Shown: in pieces, positions 27,937-31,945 of the stretch | Numbering within the stretch: the stretch's first letter is position 1 | How the letters are laid out: every line of letters starts with the position of its first letter | IMG/VR virus record: IMGVR_UViG_3300016665_000287 | Coordinates: 1 to 31,945 of that record | DNA: 31,945 nt | Origin: a virus | Lineage: Duplodnaviria > Caudoviricetes | Reading direction: 5' to 3' (one strand) | The notes under the pieces: generated by a model | Seen by the model: the letters and a program-made list of their open reading frames with translations, nothing else | The model's database searches: none | What the model was told of the DNA's origin: nothing | Made by a program: the position numbers and the translations under genes

Positions 27937-29411
27937 AACAAACGAAATTAATGTTAGGTGATAATATAGAGTCACTTAAAAAACTACCAGACAATTCAAT
28001 AGATAGTGTGGTGACAGATCCACCTTATGGGTTAAGCGCACCAAAAAATAGTGGAAAGACAAGTAAAGGTGGCTTTATGGGAAAAAAGTGGGACTATGAT
28101 GTACCATCAGTTGAATTTTGGAAAGAAGTTTATAGAGTTTTAAAACCAGGTGGTCATATTTTATCATTTGGTGGAACAAGAACATATCACAGAATGGTTG
28201 TAAATATAGAAGATGCTGGATTTGAAATTAGAGACCAGATTATGTGGTTATATGGATCTGGATTTCCGAAGAGTTTAAATGTTGGAAAGGCAGTCGATAA
28301 GTTAGAAGGTAATGAAAGAGAGGTTGTTGGTGAGGTAAAACAAAATAATTTTGATAAATATGATGCGTCTATGATGACGAAAGAAAATCGTGATGTTGAT
28401 ACTGAATTATATAAAGAAATTAAAATAACAAAAGGAACAAGTGATTGGGAAGGTTGGGGAACTGCTCTTAAACCAGCAAATGAACCTATTTGTTTAGCAA
28501 GAAAACCACTATCAGAAAAATCAGTGGCTGAGAATGTTTTAAAATGGAAGACTGGTGGAATTAATGTGGATGGTTGTAGGGTTGGATTCTTAAATGAAAA
28601 TGATAAAGAAAGCGCTAAACCTGGTTCGTTAAACGGGACCGGAAAGAATAGTATGTTTGGTTTAAAAAGTGGAAATGAACAAAATCAAGAAGGCCGATTT
28701 CCTGCCAACATAATTTTAGAATGTATATGTGATGAAGTGATTAAGGGTGAGAAGGGTGAGATTAAAGAAGGTAATAGAGACAGCTTTTTGAATAGTAATA
28801 GAGTATTTGAAATTAAAAATGATGGTAAGGCAAAAAGAATTGAAAATTACGGTGATAAAGGAGACATTCACACCAATCCGATGTGTCCGTGTCGTTTATT
28901 AGATGAACAGAGTGGATTTTTAAAAGGTGATAGTCCAAATAGAAAACCAAGAAAAGGTGGTCATAGAGAACAATATGTTGGAACAGATAATAATGAAATT
29001 AAAAATGTCGTTATAGAACCGAAAGTATTTGATAGTGGCGGAGCATCCAGATTTTTCTACCAAGCGAAAGTATCAAAGGCAGAGAGAAATATGGGGTTAG
29101 ATGGGTTTGAGGAGAAGAAATATGATTTAAATAGAGTTCAAGAAAGTGGAACTTTAGAAGAGAGATATAATCTAAAATCAAAAAATAACCATCCAACCGT
29201 TAAACCAATCAATCTAATGGCTTATCTGTGTAGATTGATAACACCTGAAAATGGAATTGTTTTAGATCCGTTTATGGGTTCCGGTTCAACTGGTGTGGCG
29301 GCGCAACTTGAAGGTTTTAGATTTGTTGGAATGGAAATGGATAATGATTATTTTAAAATCGCAGAAGCGAGAATAGATAATTATGAAAAATATAAGAAGT
29401 TTTTGAAATGA
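27933..29411 (+). CDS. DNA N4/N6 methyltransferase (beta class)
   Basis: VTDPPY catalytic motif N-terminal; HPTVKP and LDPFMGSGSTG SAM-binding motif C-terminal. Confidence 0.92.
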   Translation: MKQTKLMLGDNIESLKKLPDNSIDSVVTDPPYGLSAPKNSGKTSKGGFMGKKWDYDVPSVEFWKEVYRVLKPGGHILSFGGTRTYHRMVVNIEDAGFEIRDQIMWLYGSGFPKSLNVGKAVDKLEGNEREVVGEVKQNNFDKYDASMMTKENRDVDTELYKEIKITKGTSDWEGWGTALKPANEPICLARKPLSEKSVAENVLKWKTGGINVDGCRVGFLNENDKESAKPGSLNGTGKNSMFGLKSGNEQNQEGRFPANIILECICDEVIKGEKGEIKEGNRDSFLNSNRVFEIKNDGKAKRIENYGDKGDIHTNPMCPCRLLDEQSGFLKGDSPNRKPRKGGHREQYVGTDNNEIKNVVIEPKVFDSGGASRFFYQAKVSKAERNMGLDGFEEKKYDLNRVQESGTLEERYNLKSKNNHPTVKPINLMAYLCRLITPENGIVLDPFMGSGSTGVAAQLEGFRFVGMEMDNDYFKIAEARIDNYEKYKKFLK

Positions 29412-29659
29412 TATACTTACAACAAATACTAATAGGATTTTTATTAGGATGGTTCGCAGTTAATTTTGAACCATTCAAATGGATTTTAAAACCAATAAAA
29501 CAATATGGTATATACAAATATTTATATAAACTGGTGAGCTGTCCAAAGTGTAGTACATTCTGGATCACACTTGTTTATACACAAAATATAATCATAGCAA
29601 TTACAGCAAGTTTTATCGCTGATGTTTATGATAGAAATTTTAATGTGATAAGAATATGA
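29408..29659 (+). CDS. Small membrane protein with CxxC..FW motif (DUF1360-like)
   Basis: Hydrophobic segments; LVSCPKCSTFW. Confidence 0.55.
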   Translation: MIYLQQILIGFLLGWFAVNFEPFKWILKPIKQYGIYKYLYKLVSCPKCSTFWITLVYTQNIIIAITASFIADVYDRNFNVIRI

Positions 29660-29886
29660 AAGTAGAAGAATTAGATATAAATAAAATTAATCTTATTGAG
29701 CTTATAAGATCAATAAGATTTAAAATGGGTGATATGGTATATCATAAATCCGATCCAGACCAAAATAGAAAGTTAGTTATAGGTTATAATATACGAAAAG
29801 ATCACATAGGTATAGTGACTTCATATAATGGTAATTATGATACGGTATATGAATTTGAATTATCATATGAAAAATCAATTTTTTAA
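29656..29886 (+). CDS. Hypothetical protein (SH3-like small beta barrel)
   Basis: FKMGDMVYHKSDPDQ...YEFELS. Confidence 0.55.
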   Translation: MKVEELDINKINLIELIRSIRFKMGDMVYHKSDPDQNRKLVIGYNIRKDHIGIVTSYNGNYDTVYEFELSYEKSIF

Positions 29887-29901
29887 AAATAATGATGTTT
29901 T

Positions 29902-30126
29902 ATGATAGAGAGATATAAAGACTTAATAAAAATGATTGATGCTAGAAAAGGAATACCACCATCATTAGAGCCAATGTTAGTTAAAGCTTATATGGAAGTA
30001 TTTGGTAAGGATCATAATATGGATGGATATATTCAATGTAAATGTCCGTCATATATGAAATTATTTTATACAGAATTAAAATTAAAACTAAATGATTATG
30101 AAAGAAAATTACGAGAAGATATCTAA
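29902..30126 (+). CDS. Hypothetical protein
   Basis: 74 aa; Y.EVF..CKCPS motif. Confidence 0.55.
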   Translation: MIERYKDLIKMIDARKGIPPSLEPMLVKAYMEVFGKDHNMDGYIQCKCPSYMKLFYTELKLKLNDYERKLREDI

Positions 30127-30403
30127 ATTAAAACATAGAGATAGAATCACAAATAGTGATATAAACTTTATACAATCGATGCACAACTTATACTGCTCTT
30201 CATTAAAGAAAAATATATGTTGGCAGTGTCCTAATAGTATTAGAGAGGCGATATTTGATCTTCTAAAATACATAGAAAAAAATCCATTACAAGATGAAAA
30301 TAAAAATGATACAGGGTCCAGACTTACAGAGATTGGAGAGACTGGTAAATCAATTCTTGGAGGAAGTAAAAGTGGAAAGCGTTCAAATGGTGGTAAAAAA
30401 TGA
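30092..30403 (+). CDS. Hypothetical protein
   Basis: 103 aa; HN.YC...CWQCPNSI motif; its low-complexity tail overlaps the next ORF. Confidence 0.55.
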   Translation: MIMKENYEKISKLKHRDRITNSDINFIQSMHNLYCSSLKKNICWQCPNSIREAIFDLLKYIEKNPLQDENKNDTGSRLTEIGETGKSILGGSKSGKRSNGGKK

Positions 30404-30443
30404 TATGTATATTGTGATGATTACATATTATGAAAAAATATAA
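30294..30443 (+). CDS. 49-aa Cse60/DUF2758-like small protein (not in ORF track)
   Basis: MKIKMIQGPDLQRLERLVNQFLEEVKVESVQMVVKNDMYIVMITYYEKI*; K.K..LE..VN.FL...V..Y..MI.Y pattern. Confidence 0.5.
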   Translation: MKIKMIQGPDLQRLERLVNQFLEEVKVESVQMVVKNDMYIVMITYYEKI

Positions 30444-30449
30444 AAATAT

Positions 30450-31034
30450 ATGAAATATAAAACGATATATTTAGATCCACCTTGGCAAATTTGTACTGGT
30501 GGTACTAGTGTTAGGAAAAAAACTAATATAAAACATAAAGGATGGGGAACACCACAAAATCACTATCCTGTTATGAAAATTAGAGACATCATAGAAGAAT
30601 TACAATTTGTAAAGGATATAATTGATGATCAATGTCATATGTATATGTGGGTTGTTAATAATAAAATAGAAGATGCTTTATTGTTAATAAATGAGTTGGG
30701 ATTTAATTATATAACTAATATATGTTGGGTAAAAGATAGAATAGGTATGGGTCAGTATTTTAGAGGACAACACGAACTTTTATTCTTTTGTAGAAAAGGT
30801 GATCCAATGCCGTATAAATATAAAAATGGCAAGAAAATAACTATATCAAGTGTTGTTAAAGAACCAAAAGATATACATTCTAAAAAGCCAAATATATTTT
30901 ATAATATAATAGAAGATATATCATATGGACCTTATATAGAATTATTCGCCAGAAATAGAAAAGATGGATGGCATAGTTGGGGACCACATTGTAATATAAA
31001 TGATCTAATTGATTATAAGTATAAAAAAATATAA
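30450..31034 (+). CDS. MT-A70 family adenine methyltransferase
   Basis: IYLDPPW, HY..M, WVK, G.GQYFRGQHE, HSKKP, IELFAR..GW.SWG. Confidence 0.9.
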   Translation: MKYKTIYLDPPWQICTGGTSVRKKTNIKHKGWGTPQNHYPVMKIRDIIEELQFVKDIIDDQCHMYMWVVNNKIEDALLLINELGFNYITNICWVKDRIGMGQYFRGQHELLFFCRKGDPMPYKYKNGKKITISSVVKEPKDIHSKKPNIFYNIIEDISYGPYIELFARNRKDGWHSWGPHCNINDLIDYKYKKI

Positions 31035-31040
31035 AAATAT

Positions 31041-31421
31041 ATGAGAAAGAGAAAATCACAAAATCCAGAACTTCATAAGAAGCAATTGATTGAGGCTATG
31101 CATAAATTTCACGGTATAGTTACTAAGGCTTGTGAAGCTGTTGGTATATCAAGAAATCAATTCTATAATTACTATAATAGTGATATTAATTTTAAAACTG
31201 AGGTAGATTCAATTGAAGAGGTAAACTTAGATACCGTAGAGGATAAGTTATTTCAAAACATAATGGATCGTGATAGAGCATCTATATTCTTCTATTTAAA
31301 ATATAAAGGTAGAAAAAGAGGATATGTTGATTCTCAAGATCTTAATATAAGTGGTGGATTAGATATTAACTTAAAAAATATGTTCGGATTTGAAGATGAT
31401 GAAAATAGTACTCAAGAATAA
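31041..31421 (+). CDS. terS: Terminase small subunit
   Basis: HTH GIVTKACEAVGISRNQFYNY; FYLKYKGRKRGY; directly upstream of and overlapping terL. Confidence 0.8.
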   Translation: MRKRKSQNPELHKKQLIEAMHKFHGIVTKACEAVGISRNQFYNYYNSDINFKTEVDSIEEVNLDTVEDKLFQNIMDRDRASIFFYLKYKGRKRGYVDSQDLNISGGLDINLKNMFGFEDDENSTQE

Positions 31422-31945
31422 GTATAAACCTCTTATATCATCAAAGAGTAGATACTTTATTATTACTGGTGGTAGAAGTAGTGGGAAGTCATATTCAGTG
31501 GCTTCTTTTTTATTAATGCTTACATTTGAGAAAGGTCATAAAATCTTATTCACGAGATATACTATGAGTTCAGCTCATATATCAATTATACCTGAGTTTA
31601 TTCAGAAAATAGAGTACCTGAATATATCAGATCATTTTGATATAACAAAAACTTCTATCATAAATAAACTCACTGGTTCTGAGATTTTATTTAGAGGTAT
31701 TAGAACCAGTTCTGGTATTCAGACAGCTAATTTAAAATCTATTGAAGGTATAACAACTTGGGTTTTAGATGAGGCAGAGGAATTGGTGGATGAAAATATA
31801 TTTGATAAAATAGATCTATCTATAAGAACTAAAAATAATCAAAATAGAGTTATTATTATTATGAATCCTGCTACGAAAGAACATTTTATCTATAAAAGAT
31901 TTTTTGAAAATATGGGTATAGAACCAGGTAGTAATATGACGACAC
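31396..31945 (+). CDS. terL: Terminase large subunit, N-terminal ATPase part (runs off the window end; not in ORF track)
   Basis: MMKIVLKNKYKPL...IITGGRSSGKS (Walker A)...WVLDEAEE (Walker B)...MNP. Confidence 0.93.
   Translation, partial: MMKIVLKNKYKPLISSKSRYFIITGGRSSGKSYSVASFLLMLTFEKGHKILFTRYTMSSAHISIIPEFIQKIEYLNISDHFDITKTSIINKLTGSEILFRGIRTSSGIQTANLKSIEGITTWVLDEAEELVDENIFDKIDLSIRTKNNQNRVIIIMNPATKEHFIYKRFFENMGIEPGSNMTT

Noticed and set aside
24595-29568. Minus-strand ORFs 24595..24816, 25565..25780, 29011..29196, 29353..29568
   Set aside because: Antisense to supported genes and no recognisable motifs.
1-31945. Stop-codon reassignment, tRNA genes, integrase/att site
   Set aside because: Standard-code ORFs tile the genome densely; no cloverleaf or recombinase motifs recognised by eye (a tRNA scan was not run).

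Overview
This AT-rich window looks like a complete, circularly permuted ~31.9-kb tailed-phage (siphovirus-type) genome. The terminase large subunit is split across the window ends and rejoins in frame. A Bacteroidota host is inferred from A-rich, SD-less start contexts, a Gln-after-signal-peptide protein and the protein families present. The + strand morphogenesis block has a non-canonical order: terL, tail chaperone, tail/fibre genes, tape measure, protease, scaffold, capsid, major tail, portal, adaptor, holin. A short - strand block encodes a minimal PolA-superfamily-like polymerase, a stand-alone DEDDh exonuclease, an FGKYKG-domain protein and an RHH regulator, next to a 590-bp non-coding control/origin region. 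A second + strand block holds a PD-(D/E)xK nuclease, a sigma-like factor, two methyltransferases and terS. Four free-standing homing endonucleases are interspersed. The most notable items are: (1) the minimal split polymerase/exonuclease module with no helicase or primase; (2) an unannotated ArfA-like basic peptide whose stop codon lies in a terminator hairpin; (3) a -1 frameshift in the tail chaperone with a candidate long-range stimulatory stem; (4) a 17-bp inverted repeat spanning the holin and exonuclease start codons; (5) a genome-wide TAATATATA/ATATTTATA intergenic motif. No endolysin, integrase, tRNA or CRISPR was recognised. All product calls come from motif recognition by eye, not database searches.
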